In this document: piece by piece, positions 24,074-33,300 of the stretch
Layout of the letters: each line of letters starts with the position of its first letter
Numbering within the stretch: position 1 is the first letter of the stretch
IMG/VR virus record: IMGVR_UViG_3300024249_000020
Location: 1 to 34,794 of that record
Origin: a virus
Taxonomy: Duplodnaviria > Caudoviricetes
Length of the DNA stretch: 34,794 bases
Reading direction: 5' to 3' (one strand)
Program-made: the position numbers and the translations under genes
The notes under the pieces: model-generated
Databases searched by the model: none
Told to the model about the DNA's origin: nothing
What the model saw: the letters and a program-made list of their open reading frames with translations, nothing else

Positions 24074-24324
24074 CAGCCGGACACCGGATGCAGCACCATG
24101 CCGACCGGGTCGCCGTACCGACCATCCTCGAGGTACCCGAGCAGGCCGTTGGCGGAGCCACCGTCCAGGCTCTGACCATCAAGGGTCGACAGGTGCCAGA
24201 TGCACATGGCACAACCGTGCGACTGCGGCATCACGTCGTCACCGATGACGACGCCACGCCGCAGGATCTCAGCCACAGCCAGGGCCTCGGACCCCAGCTG
24301 GTCACGCAGTTGGTTCTCATTCAT
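24073..24324 (-). CDS. Hypothetical protein, 83 aa
   Basis: Start MNENQLRD with GAGG RBS, overlapping the upstream stop. Confidence 0.7.
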   Translation of the reverse strand: MNENQLRDQLGSEALAVAEILRRGVVIGDDVMPQSHGCAMCIWHLSTLDGQSLDGGSANGLLGYLEDGRYGDPVGMVLHPVSG

Positions 24325-24619
24325 GGACTGCCTCGATCTTCCCGCTGCGCACGCAGCGATCGTAGGTGACGTAGGTGCGGTAGCACCGCAGATTCGGCAG
24401 ATGCAGCAGGTGATGACGGGCACACCAGGCGAAGCCCGCCGTGCCCGGATAACCTGCCGCCTCCTTGCAGCCCCCATAGGGCTGACGCAGGCTGCTGCCC
24501 GGATGGAGGGCTGGCGCCGGCGACGTCTCGTTCTGAGACATCGCCAGCAACCCAGCCACCACCAGGCAGCAGACCACGATGAACGCAGCCGAGAGGGTGT
24601 TGAACACCCTCACGACCAC
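24317..24619 (-). CDS. Secreted or membrane-anchored Cys-containing protein, 100 aa
   Basis: Hydrophobic N-terminal helix and four Cys in the soluble part. Confidence 0.65.
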   Translation of the reverse strand: MVVRVFNTLSAAFIVVCCLVVAGLLAMSQNETSPAPALHPGSSLRQPYGGCKEAAGYPGTAGFAWCARHHLLHLPNLRCYRTYVTYDRCVRSGKIEAVHE

Positions 24620-25011
24620 ACCGACTTCGCCTGAGTGGCGGCTGCCTTCTTCGCGGGATTACCGCTCCGCTTGGAACCGGCGAGCTCACGCTTGACCAGT
24701 TCGAGATGCAGCGTCTCCACGCTGGTCTCGAGATTGCTGATCGTGGACAGATGGTCCTCGATCTGCAAACACAGATCAAGACTGTTCGATCGCCACAGGT
24801 CACGCTCGAGCTCGACATCGGCAAAGGACTTCAACGTCCCTTCCATGTCCCTTTCCCACTCGCGGATCACCGCAGCCTGCCGGGCGGTCTCGTCGTGCAG
24901 ACCGACGATGATCTTGTCCGCCTCGTGCAGATCACCGAGACGGATGTACAACAGCAGCGCGAGGGTGGCAATGACCGTAGCCAATGCCATCACTACCAGT
25001 GCAAACAGCAT
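24610..25011 (-). CDS. Membrane-anchored coiled-coil protein, 133 aa
   Basis: MLFALVVMALATVIATLALLLYI followed by heptads. GGAGA RBS. First gene of the long leftward arm. Confidence 0.75.
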   Translation of the reverse strand: MLFALVVMALATVIATLALLLYIRLGDLHEADKIIVGLHDETARQAAVIREWERDMEGTLKSFADVELERDLWRSNSLDLCLQIEDHLSTISNLETSVETLHLELVKRELAGSKRSGNPAKKAAATQAKSVWS

Positions 25012-25092
25012 GAGATCTCCCAATCTCTCTCAGAGATATCTTCGATATCTCTTCTCCCTTTACCCCCAAACCAAAAAGGAAATACAAACCCA

Positions 25093-25127
25093 GCACTCAC
25101 GCATGAGTGCGACTCACGCATGAGTCG
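25093..25127. promoter_or_regulatory. Two tandem 7-bp palindromes with identical CGCA centre
   Basis: GCACTCA-cgca-TGAGTGC and CGACTCA-cgca-TGAGTCG, sharing one base. Confidence 0.6.
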
Positions 25128-25230
25128 TCGCTACGCATAGCGGCAAGCCCGAGCACGGGCAACAGGCTCAGCCAAAACTGATCCTCAAAGATGTCCGACA
25201 GATGAGATGCAGCTCGAGCCGGCGGATCCG

Positions 25231-25578
25231 GCCCGAGATGTAGACACCAATGTAGACACCAGGCAGCTGGGCGGCGACACGCCGCCTGACCTGCGACGAT
25301 GCGAAATGTAGACACCGTAGACACCGTAGACAGGGGTAAGTTTCTTCACTGCACGTCTCAGCAACTTTGCCCTTTTCTGGTGTCTACGGTGTCTACACGA
25401 AATCCGAAGGTACGAAAACACGGCGTGTCGCAGCGACACGCCGACGACACGCCGTCTCAAAATGTAGACACGTATGTAGACACCTACGGAATCCGTGGTG
25501 TCTACAACACGGCGTGTCGCGCGCGACACGCCGAGATGTAGACACCAAGTGCGAATATCGCAGGTGGTGTCTACATCT
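25231..25578. repeat. Second GTAGACAC array (11 exact plus 1 variant) interleaved with six CGACACGCCG motifs
   Basis: Octamers at 25240>, 25252>, 25308>, 25317>, 25326> (GTAGACAG), 25380<, 25389<, 25464>, 25476>, 25498<, 25538>, 25567<. CGACACGCCG at 25275>, 25421<, 25434>, 25445>, 25510<, 25524>. Confidence 0.95.
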
Positions 25579-25865
25579 GGACAACACACCTGAGGTGAGC
25601 TGTCAAGACATACGCGCTCCGCGCTCAGGAGAATCCCACATAGATGTGCGGATGCAGACAGCTACTCACGTAGCTGGATAATGAGTGTGCGTAATCCAGC
25701 ATATGACTGTGTCATAAAATCCGGCATGCTCTAACAACCACATTGCGCATGCACACCTTGTCTTGTGACAATCCCTCGCCCAGTAGCCTGGGCGCAAACG
25801 TCACGAGACTAGGTGAAAGTATGTTGTGTCATGTTGTGTCAACTCATCAACGCATACGCATTGTG

Positions 25866-25908
25866 AAAAAAAGAGCATGCCTCCCAGCCATAAGGCTGGA
25901 AAGCACAC
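25866..25908 (-). terminator. Intrinsic terminator after the isolated small gene
   Basis: Minus strand GTGTGCTTTCCAGCC-TTAT-GGCTGGGAGGCATGC followed by TC and T7. Confidence 0.85.
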
Positions 25909-25918
25909 CCAATCCCAA

Positions 25919-26152
25919 CTACTTAGTGTAGTTGTCCAGCATCCGCTGATATGCGTCGATGACCTTCTGGTCCTCACCAGCAGTCTTCGCCTCAGCGATC
26001 GTCTTACGCAACCGGTCCATGTTATCCATGACCAGCTGCCCGACAACCACATCCTTCTCACGGATAGTGGACGCCATCAGCGAGCGCATCATCCCATTCA
26101 TGGGATCCATGCCAGCGATAACGCTAGCCTTGAGCGCATCTCCGAAATCCAT
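25919..26152 (-). CDS. Isolated 77-aa Met-rich helical protein
   Basis: GGAGGT RBS before MDFGDALKAS. Has its own terminator and AT-rich upstream DNA. Confidence 0.75.
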   Translation of the reverse strand: MDFGDALKASVIAGMDPMNGMMRSLMASTIREKDVVVGQLVMDNMDRLRKTIAEAKTAGEDQKVIDAYQRMLDNYTK

Positions 26153-26189
26153 GCTGACCTCCAGGTCACATAGCGACATCAGTTACCAC

Positions 26190-26330
26190 TGTGATAACCA
26201 ACCAAAAATAGCCAAACAAAACGAAACACATGTTTCACTTATTACATTCCTAATGGATCCTAATACCCATATATATATATAATAAGGGGGAATATCATGT
26301 TTCTTTTGTTTATGTTGTTTATATTGGAAC
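26190..26330. other. AT-rich imperfect inverted-repeat region (possible origin, genome end junction or divergent promoter)
   Basis: Most AT-rich stretch in the window, with a (TA)n run near 26269-26281. AAACAAAACGAAACACATG on the left mirrors CATGTTTCTTTTGTTT on the right. Confidence 0.55.
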
Positions 26331-26511
26331 TTCCCACAAAGGTTTCAGCCTTTTCGGGTGCAGCACCGGACTGATCCGATTAGTGGGTTCGACGTTGACG
26401 ACTTCGAGCTTCGTCGGTTGTGGCGACACCCAGGAGACGACTGGGGGCGTTGGGTCCTCATGAGGCTGATCGAGCGGGTGTGGCGGGCGCGGGGGGTGTG
26501 AGGATGGGGTC

Positions 26512-26787
26512 ATGGCCACACCGGAGCGTCCGAGGTTGCGGGATCGGAGCACGGGTGACCTGTTGGTGCTGCTGATCGCGGGGACGGTGTGCTTCATGGT
26601 CTTCGCGGCGGCGGCGTCGATCGTGGTGGTGGAGATCGTGAACCCGAAGATCGACACGTCCAACGCCTCGAGGCAGATCGCGGATGTCATCAACACGCTG
26701 ATCGGGTTGCTGGCGGGGTTCCTGGCTGGTCGTACGGACTACAACCTGTCTCAGGGTAAGCATCGTGACGAGGAGGGTCCGAAGTGA
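26512..26787 (+). CDS. Two-TM membrane protein, 91 aa (holin-like)
   Basis: Hydrophobic segments LLVLLIAGTVCFMVFAAAASIVVV and VINTLIGLLAGFLAG with charged termini. Confidence 0.75.
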   Translation: MATPERPRLRDRSTGDLLVLLIAGTVCFMVFAAAASIVVVEIVNPKIDTSNASRQIADVINTLIGLLAGFLAGRTDYNLSQGKHRDEEGPK

Positions 26788-27278
26788 TCTTCACGACGGC
26801 GCCGTTCGGCTATGTGGCTGCGACGGTGACGGCGGTGCTGGCTTTCGCGCTTGCGGTACAGCCGGATCCGGTTCCGGCTGCTGCGCCGTCTCCGCCGGTA
26901 CCGACGGCCACGGTGCTGGTTCCGGGTCCGGCAGGTCCTGCCGGCCCTAGGGGGATTGCGGGCCGGCCAGGTCCTGCGGGTCCAAGGGGCGCCGCCGGTC
27001 AGCAGGGGGTTGCTGGTCCAAGCGGCTCGGACGGCATCGACGGTAGTACGGGTGCCTCTGGTGGTCGAGGCCCTCGGGGTGTACAAGGTGAGCGGGGGAT
27101 CAGAGGTAGGCAGGGTCCGAGGGGTGTGCATGGGGTGAGAGGCCGACCGGGCAGGCAGGGTCCGCCCGGACCGGCGGGTCCGGTCTGCCCGAGCGGTTTC
27201 CATGTAGCGGTGGTGGCGTTGCATCAGCGTGAGCCGGTCGATACCGATGTGACGGTCAGTGTCTGTGTGGCGGACTGA
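26784..27278 (+). CDS. Exported or anchored collagen-like protein
   Basis: GTGA overlap. Signal-like N-terminus, 29 consecutive Gly-X-Y triplets and a C-terminal CPSG...C mini-domain. Confidence 0.88.
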   Translation: MIFTTAPFGYVAATVTAVLAFALAVQPDPVPAAAPSPPVPTATVLVPGPAGPAGPRGIAGRPGPAGPRGAAGQQGVAGPSGSDGIDGSTGASGGRGPRGVQGERGIRGRQGPRGVHGVRGRPGRQGPPGPAGPVCPSGFHVAVVALHQREPVDTDVTVSVCVAD

Positions 27279-27288
27279 GCGGTAGCCT
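27279..27288 (+). promoter_or_regulatory. Putative -10 element (GCGG-TAGCCT) upstream of the giant gene
   Basis: Same GCGGTAGCnT as in front of the lysis cassette, 34 nt upstream of the GTG. Confidence 0.35.
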
Positions 27289-27322
27289 GAGCGGAAACTT
27301 CCTCAGGTCCCCAGGAGTAGTC

Positions 27323-30300
27323 GTGGGCAGGTACGACTCCGGTGCGTTGCAGCCGTGGTTGGGGCAGTCTCAGAACCCGGCGGCGCCGGAGGGGCTGCAG
27401 CAGGCTGCGACAGCGGGTGGTGGTGTCGCGGCGGGTATCCCGAGGTACGACTCCTCCAAGCTGGGTCAGTGGGTGACGGACCCGGAGATCGGGTACACGG
27501 GTGCGGCGCAGTCCTGGTACACGGGTGCGAACTTCGACGGCACGAACAACGGGTATGACAACCAGTTCGTGAACGACTACATGACGCGGTGGAACACGGC
27601 GTTGGAGAACGGGACGGCGAACACCTACTTCGAGTCTCCGGATGCGACGGGGATCGTCACCTGGGACCACACCGGTACCGATGGGAAGCAGTACCGGTAT
27701 GGCGACGTGTACCAGGACGGCAAGAAGGTCGCGAACCTGTACGACCAGAAGGATGGCGGGTTCGACAAGAACACCGCGAACCTGGCGATGTCCACCTGGA
27801 CGCTGTCTGCGGACCAGAAGGCGCAGGCATTCTCGGCCTCTGACCCGTTGCAGCACCTGAACCGGGAGATCACCAGGCAGCGGGACAAGGACAACGTCGA
27901 CATCCCGCAGCAGCTGAAGGCGATGGAGTTCAACGCCGATGTGAAGGACACGGCAGACCGGTTCGAGCAGGGCAACACCGACGAGGCGATCATCCTGGGT
28001 GGTGCCGCCGGCGGTGCGGGTGTCGGTGCTGGTGCGGGTGCCGCGGCTGGCTCGTTCTTCTTCGGTGTGGGTGCGGCGCCGGGTGCGCTGGTCGGTGGCG
28101 CGATCGGTGGTCTGGTGGGTGGCATCGGTGCTGCGTTGAACAAGGACTCGTTGACCGAGCAGGCGGCGCGGGCGTACGAGATCACGGCGCTCAGCACGGA
28201 CCAGTACGGCGGCTGGGCTGGTGCGGCGACGGGTGTTCAGCAGTGGGGTGGCTTCGCGGGGAAGCTGATCTCCCCGTTGCAGAACGTGGACCAGGGGTTG
28301 GTCGACGTCGCCTACGGGAAGGTGGGCGACGGGACCTCGGAGTTCTACCGGACCGACAAGGCCGGCGACTCGACGGTGCCGTCCTGGGTGAAGCTGGCCG
28401 ACATCGGGGCCGCGATCGGTGATGGTGCGCTGCAGTTCGCGTCCCCGGTGGGTGCCGGGTTGTACACCGCGCAGATGGGTTCGACGATCGGTGGTGAGAC
28501 AGCGGAGCTGGCGTTGACCGGCGGCGCCCAGTTCGACTACAACCGGGGCGGGTTCGACAACGTCTTCACCGACGAGAAGGGGAACTTCTCCCCGACCCAG
28601 GCTGCGGCTGGGATCGGGAAGATCGGGATTGACGTGGCCCAGCTGGGACTGGCCAGGGGGCTGCTGTCCAAAGCCCAGGTGGGTCGGGCTGCTGCCGACA
28701 TCCCGGAGGTGGGTGCGGCTGCGCCGGGGATCCTCGGTGACGTCGGGAAGGTGGCGTACGGGAAGCCGGTGCTGCGTGACGTGCTTCCGACGTGGGCCGG
28801 TGGCCGTACCGCCGAACAGGCTGCGGCGATCCGGGCCGGTGGCCGGGAGGAGATCGAGGCCGGGCACCGGTACTACACCGACGAGCTCGGCAACGTGGTG
28901 GGTCAGCGGTACCGGACGATCGGGCTGCTGGCTCCGTCCGAGGCGATCTCGAGCTTGAGCACACGGGTGATCGCGTTGCGGGCGAAGGAGGTCGGTCAGG
29001 GTGCGTTGAAGGCCGACGACTTCTACCGGGCGGCGCAGTCGATGGCCCAGGGTGAGCGGCGGTTCACCACGGCGCTGGTGAACGGGTTCGGTGAGGGCAC
29101 CGAGGAGATCATCCAGTCGGCGTTGGAGAACTACTCCCACGGTCACGGTGTCGGCACCATGCAGGAGATGGTGAACTCGGGGATCTACGGCGCCGCCGGC
29201 GGTGTCGGGATGGGGCTCGGCATCAACTCGCGTGGCCCGACCGCCGAGGACAAGCTGGATGGTCAGGTGCGGATCGCGCACTACTTCCAGACCGGCGGCG
29301 AGGTGCTGTCCGATGAGGCGTTGAAGGCGATGACGCCGACCGAGAAGCGCGCGAAGGCGCAGATGGGGAAGCTGGAGCGGGAGACCGCGAAGGCGGCGTT
29401 CACCAAGTACGCCGACGACCGGGCTGCGGACTTCACAGCCGGGATCGCCGGGGTGAACAAGGTGGTCGACGCGATCTCCACGTCGCGGGCAGACGCGTTG
29501 AAGAAGGCTGCACCGCACACCGACCAGCCGTTCGTCATCACCCAGATCCAGGACGCCGGTCAGGTGGATGCGAACGGCGAGCTGCTGCCGGGCAGCATGC
29601 CGTCGGACGCGGTGGTGTCCTCCGGTGCCCAGCTGATGCGGAACTTCGGCAACCGGATGCGCGGTGTGGGCGAGCAGCTGGCGTTGCTGGAGCGGAACGA
29701 GACCGACGCGCAGGCGGCGTTGGACGCGGCTCCGGCTGATGAGGGGCTGCAGGCGGATCTCGCGAAGATCCAGGCCCACATCACCCAGGTCAACGAGATG
29801 ATCCGGCTGGGTCAGGCGCTGGGTCGTGAGATCGACGACCGGGTCACTCGGATGTACGACCCGGCTGCGACCCCGGCGATGGTGCTGGCCGAGACCGAAG
29901 GGCTCAACCAGTTCCTCCGGGACGCGTTCAACCGGCGTGCCGACAACGTCGCCGGGACTCCGGTGGTCACCGACGAGGAGCGGATGGCGTTGGCGCGCAC
30001 CGTCTCCCAGGTGGTGACCAGGGATCCGCAGGACCAGTCGGGGTCCTACCAGGTGCTGGTGCCGCAGGCGTCGCCGAAGCTGACGGTCTCCAGGTCGGAC
30101 AACGTGTTGGAGGTCAGTCACGCGATCCTTCCGGCGATCCGCGGCGACTACGACGGCGACAAGGTCCGCACTCAGAACCAGCTGCTGCTCGATGAGGACA
30201 AGTTCGTCGCGGCCCGCGCCGGGATGCACTTCCTCGGGGCCGGGGTGAGCGTGAACGTGAAGGCCCCGAAGTACGAGAAGTGGGTAGTGCAGTACCTGTC

Positions 30301-33300
30301 GGAGGCTTACGACTCGACCGAGCCGGCGCTGGTGAACGCTGCCGCCGGTGCGACGACGTCGATCACCGAGGCGATCCGGCGCCGGTATGAGGACATCATC
30401 CCCGGCGAGACCTTGGATGAGGTCTTCGACAAGTTCTTCGCGGCGGTCCGCGACGGCAACGAGGACTCCCGCAGTGTGCTGCTCGACGGGCTGCTCGAGG
30501 TGGCCGACGGCCCGATCAACGCCTTCGCCCGAGGCAACCTGTCGAACGAGTGGCTGTGGATGGATCAGCTGGTGCGGGCCACGTTCCAGGCGTTCCAGGA
30601 GGACTACGCCTCCTACCGTCCGCTGCTGGGCCCGACGCCGGGAAGCCGGCGGGGCCGTCCGGTGAAGCGGGTCAGCGAGGCTCGGGAGCGTCGGGCGCAG
30701 CGCAGTGCCACGACCGGTCAGACGATCGGGAACTGGCTGGCCGGTGACGCGATGTTCCGCAAGTTCCAGAAGCTGCACTACACCAGCCTCACCGCCTCGG
30801 TGCTGTCCTCGGCCACGCCGACGCAGCGGGCGGAGCTGTATGCGCTGGCGGAGTCCTACGAGATGCTGTCGGCGGGTTCGACGCTCTCGGAGCTGGACCG
30901 GGTCCACGGGCTGGACGAGATCACCAGCCGGGTGATCGCCCAGCTGCGGACCCTGGCGAACAACGCCACCGACTTCGACCCGTCGCTGACCTCGACCCAG
31001 GCGATGGCGGTGATGGCGAACACCGCCGTCCTCGACTTCGACTACGACTCCGACGGCAACGTGACCACGACGGGCCGGGAGATCACGCTGGCGCAGATGC
31101 TGCTGAAGCAGGAGCTGCGCCGGGACCGGGTGAAGAAGGACGCGATCTTCGAGATCAGCCCGGAGCTGCAGGCCAAGCATGCTCGGCTGGGTCAGATGAC
31201 GAAGCCGGACGGCCAGGGCACCAAGGGCTCCGGGGTGAACGCGCAGCGGGCGTTCGTCGAGGTGTTCGGCGCGTTCCAGCTGTTCACGCTGGTCGGTGAC
31301 GCAGCCGGGCTGATGGGTCCGCACATCAGTGTGGAGCAGTACGTCCGGTTCTACACCGCCAAGGACGAGAAGGAGCGGAAGTCCGAGGACTACAAGCTGC
31401 GGAACGAGGCGGCGTACCTGGGTCGCGAGTCGTCGGCGAACATGCCGTACTCGGTGGCCGAGGTCGCCGCCGGCGACGTGTCCCCGTACCGCAGCGTGGT
31501 CGACGCGCTGCTGTCCGTGGGGCACCACCGGATCACGGTGGACACGAAGGTCGCCACCTCTGACGACTTCTCCACCGAGCACCTGAACGGTGAGTTCGCC
31601 GACGCCCACTACCGCACGTCGAAGGCGTTCAAGAAGGCACACGCCGACATCAGGGAGGCGCTGTTCAAGTTCTCCGAGCTCTCGGGGCGCCGCGCCGACG
31701 AGCTGACGTTGGACATGGTGCAGCGGATGCTGGACCAGAACCCGACGTTCGCGGAGAAGGTGATGGCGTTGATCCCGGACGCCGCCGCGAACGCGGTCTT
31801 CGAGCGCCGCGACGACGACCTGTACATCGCGAACTGGGTGTACAAGATGTTCACGATCCGTGACGCGAACAAGGCCGAGATGCACTACTGGCGCAACGTG
31901 CTGCTCGCCCAGTGGGAGGCTCTCGGGCTGAACGCGCGTACCGAGAAGGACGCCGACGGCCACCAGGGCAGGCGGTACTCCAAGCTGGACCGCCGGATGT
32001 TCCGGATCCTCTACGACCTGTCGCCGAACATGCAGGCCGACGGCGGGCTGCTGATGACGAAGTTCATGCAGACCCTGCAGAACGCCGAGAACCTGGAGCA
32101 GTTCCTGCGCTGGGTGAACACGACTCCAGGGATCCGCGGCAACCAGGCGCCGATCGTCGGCTGGTACGACGACACCGCAGCCTTCGACGCCGACAAGGCG
32201 AACGGCGGCTGGTCGACCGGCATGGAGGGCTCCACCCAGCGGGAGGCCATCGCCTCGCTGCAGGTCGGGGCCCAGTATCTGGTGAAGGACCTGGTCGAGG
32301 AGCAGAACATCCAGCGGTCCGACAACCAGGTGTACTCCGCCATCGAGCGGGTGCTGAAGGCTGACGCCGGCGCCCCGAACGTCACCGCCACGTCCGAGGA
32401 TCGGCGTTACTACGACGCGTTCGTCAAGTCGATCTCCAACGCCCGCGAGATGAACGTCGGTCTCGGACCGCAGGCTCTGATGTACCAGGTGGTCGGAGCG
32501 GTCCGGGGGTTCTACCCGAAGGCGCACAACAAGGGTGAGAACCCGGACAACGTCGATCCGGCTGGCGCGTTCGACGCGATGCGCGACGCCTACGACTACA
32601 CCACGAACTACGAGCGGTTCAAGGCGTCGATGACGGCTGTGAACCTCGACGCGCTCGGCGGGAACCTGTCCCAGCTCGCCAAGGACGGCGTCGTCTCGAT
32701 GGACGACGAGGGCCGTCAGGTCGAGTGGGAGATGCCCGTGGACTCCGAGGGCAATCCGACCCCGGAGTCGGTGGCGCGTGCGCTGGCGCTGCTGTCGAAC
32801 CCCGACACCAGGCCGCTGGCACGCGGCGTGCTGTTCCCGCAGGTGATGGAGCGCGGCCCAGAAGGTCGGCTCACCACCCAGATGCTGGTCGGCAAGGACC
32901 TGAAGTCGCTGCTCGAGGGTGACCACTACAAGTCGATGTTCGCTCGTGACGGATCCATCGACAACGACTCCGCGATGCGGTACTGCGCGATGCTGGAGGC
33001 CACCGCCCGCAACCACGACGGCCACTTCTCGGTGCAGCGGATCGTCAACGACATCGTGATCGCGGAGACCTCGGGCGCGAACCATGTGCTGTCGGTCACC
33101 GAGATCGAGCGGGCTGCGCAGCGGGCGTTCCGCACGGTGGCGAAGATCGTGCAGGACGCCGCATCGGTCGCCTCGGTCCCGGATCTGAGCGGGCCGGCCA
33201 CCTTGAAGAAGGTGATGCGCGAGGTTCACGACGCACGCCGGATCCAGCGCACCGCAGGGCTGATGGGCTTCGGCGCCCGGCCCGGCGAGGACATCAAGGA

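Noticed and set aside
3263-25578. Transposon or IS bounded by terminal inverted repeats
   Set aside because: No transposase or recombinase and no target-site duplication were seen, and the enclosed genes are core phage functions. Inversion is kept only as a hypothesis in the findings.
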